Made by a program: the position numbers and the translations under genes. The notes beneath the pieces were generated by a model. The model did not search any database, was not told the DNA's origin, and worked only from the letters and a program-made list of their open reading frames with translations. From Myxococcota bacterium (GTDB lineage Bacteria > Myxococcota_A > Polyangia > Polyangiales > Houyiibacteriaceae): 64,000 nucleotides of DNA. Shown here piece after piece: positions 1 to 7,457 of this stretch. Every line of letters starts with the position of its first letter. Positions within the stretch are counted from its first letter, which is position 1. The stretch covers positions 1 to 64,000 of the forward strand of contig JBCCEA010000013.1 of assembly GCA_039030515.1 (NCBI GenBank). The letters run 5' to 3'.

Positions 1-129
1 AACGTCGCTACCGGAGTCAACGTCGCTACCGGAGTCAACGTCGCTACCGGAGTCAACGTCGCTACCGGAGTCAACGTCGCTACCGGAGTCAACGTCGCTA
101 CCGGAGTCAACGTCGCTACCGGAGTCAAC
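1..129. repeat. Perfect 18-bp coding tandem repeat AACGTCGCTACCGGAGTC x7 (encodes DSGSDV on the minus strand)
   Basis: Seven identical units at 1..126 plus a partial AAC, read directly. Confidence 0.97.
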
Positions 130-513
130 AGGCGGAGCGCCGGAATCTTCAGTAACGCCTGAGTCGAGAACTGCTCCGGAATCGAGTGCGGTATCCGCGT
201 CAGTCATCACGCCTGAGTCGACAGTCTGATCGGCGTCAGCACCAGTTGTGGTTCCGGAATCCACCGGAAGATCGGTGAAACTTGCGTCTTGACTCCCGGA
301 AAGTGCAACAGCGCTTTCGTCTGTGCAGGCTCCTATAAGCGCAGCACAAACCGCAGTTACAGCGAGCGCTGCCGAGTTTGGCCAACCCCTTGCCTGAACT
401 CTTCGTCGATCGAGATTTAGAACGCACTCCGTTACATGCGCGCTCTGTGGGCGTTGAGTGCTCCTTAGTAACTCAAACACACATGCCGTTCTCTGTACCA
501 TCGTTTTCCTCAT
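1..513 (-). CDS. Lipoprotein with DSG-repeat stalk, 5' part only (runs off the left edge; start codon uncertain: ATG 513, ATG 501 or GTG 480)
   Basis: Manual translation of the minus strand is open from 513 to base 1: ...SAALAVTAVCAALIGA|CTDESAVALSGSQDASFTDLPVDSG...(VDSGSD)n. It has a lipobox and resembles the N-terminus of 633..1889. Not in the ORF track because the stop lies outside the window. Confidence 0.8.
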   Translation of the reverse strand, partial: MRKTMVQRTACVFELLRSTQRPQSAHVTECVLNLDRRRVQARGWPNSAALAVTAVCAALIGACTDESAVALSGSQDASFTDLPVDSGTTTGADADQTVDSGVMTDADTALDSGAVLDSGVTEDSGAPPVDSGSDVDSGSDVDSGSDVDSGSDVDSGSDVDSGSDVDSGSDV

Positions 514-530
514 AAATCACTCAAGGTACA

Positions 531-559
531 ACTATATAGTTGGCGACGTTCTAGTACAA
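531..559 (-). promoter_or_regulatory. Candidate sigma70-type promoter TTGTAC-N17-TATAGT, overlapped by the perfect 14-bp palindrome CAACTATATAGTTG (529..542)
   Basis: Minus strand -35 at 559..554, 17-nt spacer, -10 at 536..531, just upstream of the truncated lipoprotein ORF. Confidence 0.5.
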
Positions 560-565
560 TAGTGA

Positions 566-606
566 CAGAGACTCCGCAGAGTTATGCTGCGCTTGCAGAG
601 TCTCTG
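566..606 (-). terminator. Inverted repeat, possible terminator or stabilising hairpin downstream of 633..1889
   Basis: CAGAGACTC (566..574) pairs with GAGTCTCTG (598..606), with a few further inner pairs. No clear U-tract. Confidence 0.35.
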
Positions 607-632
607 GCGTGGTTTATTTTCAAAAATAAGTG

Positions 633-1889
633 CTAGTTGCAGCGATGGATCATTTGCGTGTCCGTTTGATTGAGTGGCGCCTGTCTGTTGCTCAGTCGAT
701 TGGCGTTCCAATCTGGATCTCGAGTCAAAACGATCTGATCTATGGCAAAGAATCCCGATCGCCCTGCGATCCGAACGTCAAAAAGTCCGGGTTCGGTAAA
801 CTCCTTGTAGATGCGGTAGTCGCCGAAATCGACGGTTTTGGACTCATAGCCCCAACGGTCCGTGATCTTGGTGTAGGCCTTGAAAAACCCGCGAGCTCCG
901 GCCGGAGTGTCTTCTTCAGGATAGGCAAAGCGGTCTGCACCCTGAATGGTCCGGAACGCATAATAGTCACCAGGGCCACGGACGCTGAGCCAAGCGTCGT
1001 TGTGCTCTGAGTTGTTGTTGCCGGCATTGATGAGCCCGCGGATGGCGACCAGGTAGACGCCCGGCGTCTGAATATAGATGTCGAAGAACACGATATCCTT
1101 GTTGACGATCGTGCCGCCTTGTGGGAGCCCCGAAGTGCTGACCCACTCGTAGTAACCAGCTCCCGAAAAGCTATGGGTGTCACTCTCATTGCCCGCGGCA
1201 GGCGTATCAAAGAATCGCCACCTATCGTTTCCTCCGGTGTAGTGACCGTCTTCGACCTCGGCGACGATCCAACCGTCGGTTTCCACAAAGATGTTCTCGC
1301 CCCACGGCTCTCCTGCGTCGCAGAGTGCATTCAACTCTGTGGTCAACGGATCTTCGGTACCGGAGTCGACGACAGCCCCGGAATCTGTGCCTGTGCCCGA
1401 GTCGACGACAGTGCCGGAATCTGTGCCTGTGCCCGAGTCGACGACAGTGCCGGAATCTGTGCCCGTGCCCGAGTCGACGACTGCGCCGGAATCTGTGCCC
1501 GTGCCTGAGTCGGCGACAGTGCCGGAATCAACGACTGCGCCGGAATCTGTGCCGGTACCCGAGTCAACGACTGTGCCCGAGTCGACGACAGTGCCGGAAT
1601 CAACGACTGCGCCGGAATCTGCACCCGTACCCGAGTCAACGACTGTGCCCGAGTCGACGACAGTGCCGGAATCAACGACTGCGCCCGCGTCAACGTTGAT
1701 GCCAGGGTCCTCAGCGGCATCTGGAGCAAACCCTGCTCCAGAATCCAACGGATTCGCCGCAAAGCTCGCATCTTGGCTAACGGCAAATTCCGAGGCGCTG
1801 TCGTTTGAGCAGGACGCACCCAAAACGACAGAGATTAAACCCAGCGCGCTACTCGCCGCCTTGAATGCGCGTACTCCCTCCAAAGCCAT
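633..1889 (-). CDS. Lipoprotein with (V/G)(V/T)DSG(T/A) repeat stalk and a C-terminal beta-sandwich, probably carbohydrate-binding-like, domain
   Basis: GGAGG SD before the ATG; signal ending VLGAS|C; many DSG hexapeptides; aromatic-rich C-terminal domain (IVAEVED...PGVYLVAIRG...HNDAWL...IAGRSGFFAIDQIVL). The C-terminal function is inferred. Confidence 0.8.
   Translation of the reverse strand: MALEGVRAFKAASSALGLISVVLGASCSNDSASEFAVSQDASFAANPLDSGAGFAPDAAEDPGINVDAGAVVDSGTVVDSGTVVDSGTGADSGAVVDSGTVVDSGTVVDSGTGTDSGAVVDSGTVADSGTGTDSGAVVDSGTGTDSGTVVDSGTGTDSGTVVDSGTGTDSGAVVDSGTEDPLTTELNALCDAGEPWGENIFVETDGWIVAEVEDGHYTGGNDRWRFFDTPAAGNESDTHSFSGAGYYEWVSTSGLPQGGTIVNKDIVFFDIYIQTPGVYLVAIRGLINAGNNNSEHNDAWLSVRGPGDYYAFRTIQGADRFAYPEEDTPAGARGFFKAYTKITDRWGYESKTVDFGDYRIYKEFTEPGLFDVRIAGRSGFFAIDQIVLTRDPDWNANRLSNRQAPLNQTDTQMIHRCN
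1363..1690. repeat. Degenerate 18-bp coding repeat array (VVDSGT / GTDSGA units)
   Basis: Recurring GAGTCGACGAC and CCGGAATC units inside 633..1889. Confidence 0.9.
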
Positions 1890-2102
1890 AACACCTCCAG
1901 TGCGTTACCCAGCTTGCAAACAATATACCGTGAAGCTGTTTTAGTCCAACAATAATGTATTCTGGATCAAACGCGGAAGGCAGTCACACTGCGCCATTCG
2001 ACCGGGCTTCGATACGACGTGTCTCTGTAGACTACAGGTTCCACAGAACTCCCCAGCGGCTGATATAGAACCCGGCTATGGATCATTTGAGTCCGCCTCC
2101 GA

Positions 2103-3539
2103 TTAGCTCGCCGAATCCAGCCCTATCCGGAACGTGGTGCCTACGCCCAACTCGCTGGACACATCGATCGTACCTTTCATCCGAGCCAATAGTCGCTGAA
2201 CGATGACCAGCCCAAGTCCCGTTCCGTGAGTCTTGGTGCTATAAAAAGGCTGAAAGAGTCGGTTTTTCCGCTCTTCCGGAATACCTCTGCCGGTGTCGCG
2301 TACCGTCAGCTCGACCGTCTTTCCCTTCTTGGACGCTTCCAGATGGAGATTGCGCACCGCTGAGCCCTCCAGGGCATCGAGGGCGTTGGTAGTTAGATTG
2401 AGCAGTACCTGATGCAGCGCCCTGGCGTCCGCTTTTGCGATAGAGTCTGGCTCGATACTTAGTTGCAGGTGAACGCGACGTGCGTTTAGGTCGGGTCGGA
2501 TCAAGCGAGCAAATCGATTCAGAAAGAGAGGCAATTCCACATCAGAAATCTCAACCGAATCGAGACTTGAGTAGCCCTTAAGCGCCTTGAGGAGAAACTC
2601 CATCGTTCTCGTTTCGATAAGTAAATCGTCGAGATAATCCCTCAAGTCATCTCGGTGGATGGTTTCGACCCGATTGCGCAGGACGGTGAGCGCAGCTTTG
2701 ATGGAATTGACCGGATTGCCCAGCTCGTGCCGGATCCCCGCAAATACATAGCCTACGTTGTCGGTCATATTGAGTGCGGCGGATACACGCTCCACCCTTT
2801 TTTGTTCTGTCCGGTCTCGAGCTACGAACACAAACTCCAGCCTGCCGTCGGGCGCGTGCATCGGTGAAGAGGTGCACTGAAGGCTCAATGCAGGGGTGTC
2901 GGAGTTGGCGCTGGGCAGGTCCAGATTGCCTTGCCAGCAAACCCTGTCTCGGATCGATTCGAGCAATGAGCGAATAGATGGATTCGAGCGCGAAGTGAGC
3001 TTCAGTGCCTCTTTCAGTGACGTACCACCAAAGGTCAATCGATTAAACGAGCTGTTGGTGCGCAGCAGTTGGCCATCTGACGAAAAAATCGCCACCGCTT
3101 CCTCAAGTTGATGCACGGCTCCCGACAGTCGCTGCGCCTCAGTTCGCAAGCGGTACTCGCGCGTGGCGTCTCTTTGCACCCCCAAGAAATGGGTCGGTCT
3201 GCCTGAGGCATCGAGTAGAGGGACGACGTACCAGCGCACCATGTACTCACTGCCGTCTTTACGATAATTATAGGTCTCTCCATCAAAAGGCAGAGCCTTT
3301 TTGAGACACTGCCTCAGCGTGGCCAGTAATTTTTTGTCGGTGCGTGGACCCTGTAAAAACCTTGGGGAGCGCCCGACTACCTCATCGCTGGAGTAGCCTG
3401 TAAGGTCCTCAAACGCGGAGTTGACGTAGAGGATGTGTGGACCGGGAGCTTCGATCTCGTTGTCGGTGAGGATCACGGCCTCCAACAGATGGTCCAGGAT
3501 ACTGATCTTGATCCTGTCTTCGATGGAGGCCGTCACCAC
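2103..3539 (-). CDS. Cytoplasmic PAS-PAS sensor histidine kinase (first PAS LOV-like but cysteine-less)
   Basis: YVNSAFEDLTGY..GRSPRFLQG..NYRKDG..QRDAT; H-box RHELGNP; N-box LLNLTTNALDA; G boxes DTGRG and GTGLGL. Confidence 0.92.
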   Translation of the reverse strand: MVTASIEDRIKISILDHLLEAVILTDNEIEAPGPHILYVNSAFEDLTGYSSDEVVGRSPRFLQGPRTDKKLLATLRQCLKKALPFDGETYNYRKDGSEYMVRWYVVPLLDASGRPTHFLGVQRDATREYRLRTEAQRLSGAVHQLEEAVAIFSSDGQLLRTNSSFNRLTFGGTSLKEALKLTSRSNPSIRSLLESIRDRVCWQGNLDLPSANSDTPALSLQCTSSPMHAPDGRLEFVFVARDRTEQKRVERVSAALNMTDNVGYVFAGIRHELGNPVNSIKAALTVLRNRVETIHRDDLRDYLDDLLIETRTMEFLLKALKGYSSLDSVEISDVELPLFLNRFARLIRPDLNARRVHLQLSIEPDSIAKADARALHQVLLNLTTNALDALEGSAVRNLHLEASKKGKTVELTVRDTGRGIPEERKNRLFQPFYSTKTHGTGLGLVIVQRLLARMKGTIDVSSELGVGTTFRIGLDSAS

Positions 3540-3585
3540 ATTTACCGTTTACGGAGTTCGGCCATGCGCGGTTGAGAGTATGAGT

Positions 3586-4836
3586 TCAGACCTTGAGATC
3601 TTTCTCAATCTGCTTGAGCTTATGCCGAGCGAGACCAAGATTTCCGCGTTTCTTGTCGATCGAGAGATAGAGAAAAAGAGCACCGGACTTCGCAAGTGGT
3701 CGGATGAGATGATATTGCTCCTCAAGGGTAATGAGAATGTCTTCGATGGCTCCCTTGACGCCGAGTGTTTTCATGACTTCCATCTTGGCGCGCACGACCT
3801 GAGTGTTCCCGCTGGCCGCGACATTGATATCGAAGTGTTCACCGCCTCCGGCAGTTCCAAGTGTGAGTCCTGACTCCCAGTCTACGAGCGCGACAGCGAC
3901 TGCGCCCTCCATCTCCATGGCGGTATTCAAACTTTCCGAAATATTTGACATTCCTATCTCCTCTTGTGCTGCTAATTTTGCACCGGATACAGCCTCGATC
4001 TCAACATGCGACTTGTGGTCGGACATTCTCTCTGACGCTTCGTCTGGCAGCGCCACCATTTTTCGGGTTTCTTCATCCCGCATTCGAGCCGATTCGAGCA
4101 GTACATGCTCGAGTGGACGGCCGATGGTCCACTCCCCCGGAGGCGTAGGCAGTACGCTTACCAGCGGATCGGTGCATCGAAATATAAATCTTGCAGCCTC
4201 TTCACCACGCAGGTTTTCAAAACTAGCGTCGGCTAAGGTGCCGTCTGAAAAGCCAAGCACGCCTTCGCCTTCTTGACTCTTGATACGTAGAGTGCAGGAC
4301 TTTCGCTCCATCGCCACAAGTTGCGTTAGGCCTGCAAGGCTAATTCCCTGCAGTGATCCGGCAATATCATCATGTAGGGATCGTTCTATTGCGGTGAACA
4401 ATACTTCAAAATCGACAGGTTTTTCGAACAAGCCCACCGCACCGAGATCTTCGGCACGGCAGCGAAGTTTTTCGTTCCCATGAGCGGTAACCAAGATAAC
4501 CGGGCACCAGAACGCCGTCTTCGTAAGCGCTGCAAGGAATTCAATGCCGTCCATCTCCGGCATGCGCACGTCGGAGATAACCAAGTTCACTCTCGTGCTT
4601 TCGAGAATTTTCAATGCTTCTCTGCCGTTTGTGGCAGACATCACGGCCACATTCGTAATCCGGTCGATGAGCGCGTCACCGAGGCTCCGTCGGAAAAGCG
4701 GCTCGTCGTCTACAATGAGTATTCGAGTTCCAGTGCGCACAGAAAAATACTTTGTACCCACTGTACTGGAAGTCGATGTCTCGATAAAGAGTTTGGTGAC
4801 AGCGCCAAGATCAAAAGGTGCATTCAGATGTTCCAT
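3586..4836 (-). CDS. Response regulator: REC + DUF4388/PATAN-like domain + C-terminal roadblock/LC7-like domain (start may be GTG 4740)
   Basis: ILIVDDE..SDVRMPEMDG..TAHG..EKP; GSLQGISLAGLTQLVAMERKSCTL (DUF4388-like); EGAVAVALVDWESGLTLG..IEDILITLEEQYHLIRP (roadblock-like). Confidence 0.85.
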   Translation of the reverse strand: MEHLNAPFDLGAVTKLFIETSTSSTVGTKYFSVRTGTRILIVDDEPLFRRSLGDALIDRITNVAVMSATNGREALKILESTRVNLVISDVRMPEMDGIEFLAALTKTAFWCPVILVTAHGNEKLRCRAEDLGAVGLFEKPVDFEVLFTAIERSLHDDIAGSLQGISLAGLTQLVAMERKSCTLRIKSQEGEGVLGFSDGTLADASFENLRGEEAARFIFRCTDPLVSVLPTPPGEWTIGRPLEHVLLESARMRDEETRKMVALPDEASERMSDHKSHVEIEAVSGAKLAAQEEIGMSNISESLNTAMEMEGAVAVALVDWESGLTLGTAGGGEHFDINVAASGNTQVVRAKMEVMKTLGVKGAIEDILITLEEQYHLIRPLAKSGALFLYLSIDKKRGNLGLARHKLKQIEKDLKV

Positions 4837-5029
4837 CTGCCGATCGGAATGGCGCTCCTACAATCCGCAATGAAGACATCCTGCACCTACCTCAACTCAT
4901 CTCGATGAGGGACACAGGAACCTCCCACATGAGGGTATCTGCGGTATCAGATGCTTGGACTGCGCGTTCGAGGCGGCTTAAGTGCGGCGAGGGTCTCGAG
5001 GGTTTGTGGGGGTCGACGACGAGTGAGAC

Positions 5030-7411
5030 TTGAGGCGCGATTCATGTTATCTGTATTTTGTGCATCATTACTGGAAACAATATTCCCTACTATGCTCGCT
5101 GTTGGCTGCGGCTTTTGGCTGGCTGGGCAGCTGCTCAGAAACCACTTCCTCGGTAGAGCTGGTAGTGGAGGTAGTCACCGACCTCGTCCCGAGCGTAGAG
5201 TTCGATGCGGTGGAGTTGAGCCTTCCAGAGGAGGGCGAAGAACCTGACCAGGGGGTTTCGGTAGACTCCTCGAGTGATTTTCAGATTGGCTTTGTGGTGG
5301 GCCAGTTCTCCAAGCTGGAGCGCTCGTCGCGGAGAAGTTTGGTGGCGCGGCTGATGCTGAATGGTCAGCAGGTGCTTACCAGGACCTATGTCGTGTCCAA
5401 CGAGATCGATGCGCGGATCCGCCTGGTGCTGACGCGGAGCTGCGTAGGCGTCGAATGTCCGTTGGAGAGCGGCAACCCATCGGCGGAGGCGTGTTTGGGA
5501 GGCCAGTGCGTGAGCCCGGACTGCATCGACGGGACGCAGGAGGCGTGTGAGGAGTTCACCCCGGAGTGTGTCTCGGACGACGGGTGCACGGTGACGGCAT
5601 CGTGTCAGACGGCGGAGTGTTCGGAAGGGGTATGCTTGCTCTTTGCGCAGGACGATGCGTGTGCGGAGGGAGAGTTCTGCGCGGATTCACTAGGATGCCA
5701 GCCAACCGTAGTCGAAGAGGCGATCGACACGCCTTTGGTGGTGTTCCCATGGAACGGGTACCGTACGGGGAGCCTGCATGCCGAAACGGCAACTTTGCGG
5801 CCTTCACTTCGCTGGGAGCCGGTATCGCAGGAAGTGGTGTATCAGGTTCAGATCGACGACAGCTGCGGGCCAGAGTTTGCTGGGTGCAGTTTTCCCTCGC
5901 CTGAGGTGTCGGCACAGACGACGGAGACGTTCTACCAACCCGAGTTGGACCTGCCGGTGTCCGAGGAGGTTCCGGTTGGACGACGTTATTATCTCCGAGT
6001 GCGCGCGTGCGTGGGTGTGGTGTGCGGAGCGTACAGTGCGGTTCACTATGTGGACGTAGGTCGCGTTGGGGGAGATTTGAACGGAGACGGCTACTCGGAA
6101 CTGATCGCGGGAGCCCCGGACGAGAGCGATGTAGTAACGGGTCAAGGAGCCACCTACGTTCACGCGGGAGGCCCGAGTGGGCCGTCGGCAGGGACGTATC
6201 AACGTTTGAGTTTGTCGGGCAGCGCTGCGGGAGACGGTTTTGGCGAGCGACTCGAAGCGCGGGGCGACTACAATGCCGATGGATTTGTGGATCTGGTGGT
6301 GGGGTCGCCTTTTGCGGACCAGGCGTCCACGGATGAGGGCCAGGTATACGTGTACTACGGGTCGAGCGCAGGGTTGCCAAGCGCACCATCGCTGACGTTG
6401 TCGGCAGAGCTGGGGGTGACCGATGGGCTTTACGGGTACGCGCTGGCCTCAGGAGACTTGGATGGCGATGGCTATGCCGACCTTGCTGTGGGTGAGCCGG
6501 TGGTGTTCCGGACCAAAGTGGAACAGGGTCGGGTGTTCGTGTACGCCGGAGGTGCAGAGGGACTTTCGAGCAGCCCGAGCTTTGTGCTCGATCGAGGCTT
6601 TGCGGGTCAGGAGCGGACCGACGAATTTGGGGGCGCGATCGATGGCGGGGGAGACCTCAACGGAGACGGCTTTGTGGATCTCGCGGTGGGGGCACCGAGC
6701 GCTCTTGAGGGAGCCGACGGCGGCGAAGGCACGGTGTCGATCTTCAGCCGGCTTCATCTGGGGGACACGACCTCGGAAGCGGTAGTGAGTGCAGTGCCTC
6801 GATCAGAGGGCCAAGGCGGCGATTTCTCGGGTTGCGTCGGAATCGCACCGGACGAAAACGGCGATGGATTCTCCGATCTACTCGTTGCGGCTGCGGACGC
6901 AGATATAGACGGTATCAACCTAGGTGCTGCCTACGTCTTCCGAGGTAGCCGCAACGGGGTGTCTGCCCTGCCGGATTCTACGGTCACCTCAGATACTACG
7001 AGAAACCAGTCCCGCTTTGGCTATCGCTGTCGAACCGGAGGAGACTACAACGGTGATGGGCGCTCCGACCTGCTCGTCGTTACGGATCCGTCAGACACGC
7101 AAAGAGTCTTCTTCTTTCTCAGCGATGAAGTCGAAGGTTGGGGTTCAGGTTCTGAGGGATCGCACCGAATCCCGTTCCCGGTGTCTTCCGATGAAGATAT
7201 CGGAGAAGCCCTGGAGATGAGGTCGGACTACAACGGCGATGGATACTCCGATATTGCGGTCGGTGCGCCCGGAACGACGACTGTCGAAACAGAAGACGGA
7301 GCGGTTCATCTCTTTTTTGGCGCTCCTACAGGGCTTCCGACCAATCCAAACCTGACGGTGCCTCAGCCAGAACCGAGTGCGAGCGCTCGTTATGGATCGA
7401 GCGTCGGATAG
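5030..7411 (+). CDS. FG-GAP (integrin alpha-like beta-propeller) lipoprotein with Cys-rich and Ig/FN3-like segments
   Basis: Signal ending WLGS|C; Cys-rich repeats; seven D(x)N/DGDG(Y/F)xD..GAP-type Ca-binding repeats. Confidence 0.88.
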   Translation: MRRDSCYLYFVHHYWKQYSLLCSLLAAAFGWLGSCSETTSSVELVVEVVTDLVPSVEFDAVELSLPEEGEEPDQGVSVDSSSDFQIGFVVGQFSKLERSSRRSLVARLMLNGQQVLTRTYVVSNEIDARIRLVLTRSCVGVECPLESGNPSAEACLGGQCVSPDCIDGTQEACEEFTPECVSDDGCTVTASCQTAECSEGVCLLFAQDDACAEGEFCADSLGCQPTVVEEAIDTPLVVFPWNGYRTGSLHAETATLRPSLRWEPVSQEVVYQVQIDDSCGPEFAGCSFPSPEVSAQTTETFYQPELDLPVSEEVPVGRRYYLRVRACVGVVCGAYSAVHYVDVGRVGGDLNGDGYSELIAGAPDESDVVTGQGATYVHAGGPSGPSAGTYQRLSLSGSAAGDGFGERLEARGDYNADGFVDLVVGSPFADQASTDEGQVYVYYGSSAGLPSAPSLTLSAELGVTDGLYGYALASGDLDGDGYADLAVGEPVVFRTKVEQGRVFVYAGGAEGLSSSPSFVLDRGFAGQERTDEFGGAIDGGGDLNGDGFVDLAVGAPSALEGADGGEGTVSIFSRLHLGDTTSEAVVSAVPRSEGQGGDFSGCVGIAPDENGDGFSDLLVAAADADIDGINLGAAYVFRGSRNGVSALPDSTVTSDTTRNQSRFGYRCRTGGDYNGDGRSDLLVVTDPSDTQRVFFFLSDEVEGWGSGSEGSHRIPFPVSSDEDIGEALEMRSDYNGDGYSDIAVGAPGTTTVETEDGAVHLFFGAPTGLPTNPNLTVPQPEPSASARYGSSVG

Positions 7412-7421
7412 TGACTGAGAC

Positions 7422-7457
7422 GGTCTAGCTTTCTGTCGCGGTCTAGCTTTCTGTCGC
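7422..7457. repeat. 18-bp direct duplication GGTCTAGCTTTCTGTCGC x2 spanning the alaS stop codon
   Basis: Units at 7422..7439 and 7440..7457. Confidence 0.9.

Noticed and set aside
1..129. 18-bp repeats as a CRISPR array
   Set aside because: No spacers, the period is a multiple of 3 inside a coding frame, and there are no cas genes.
236..427. 63-aa minus-strand ORF from the track
   Set aside because: It overlaps the lipoprotein ORF in another frame, and that ORF has a lipobox and a clear paralogue.
1291..1944. 217-aa PEST-like plus-strand ORF and other frames over the repeats
   Set aside because: Antisense shadow of the DSG repeat array, which lacks stop codons.
4896..4935. CTCATC-TC-GATGAG dyad and ATGAGGG direct repeat between divergent genes
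   Set aside because: Too short to support without comparative data.
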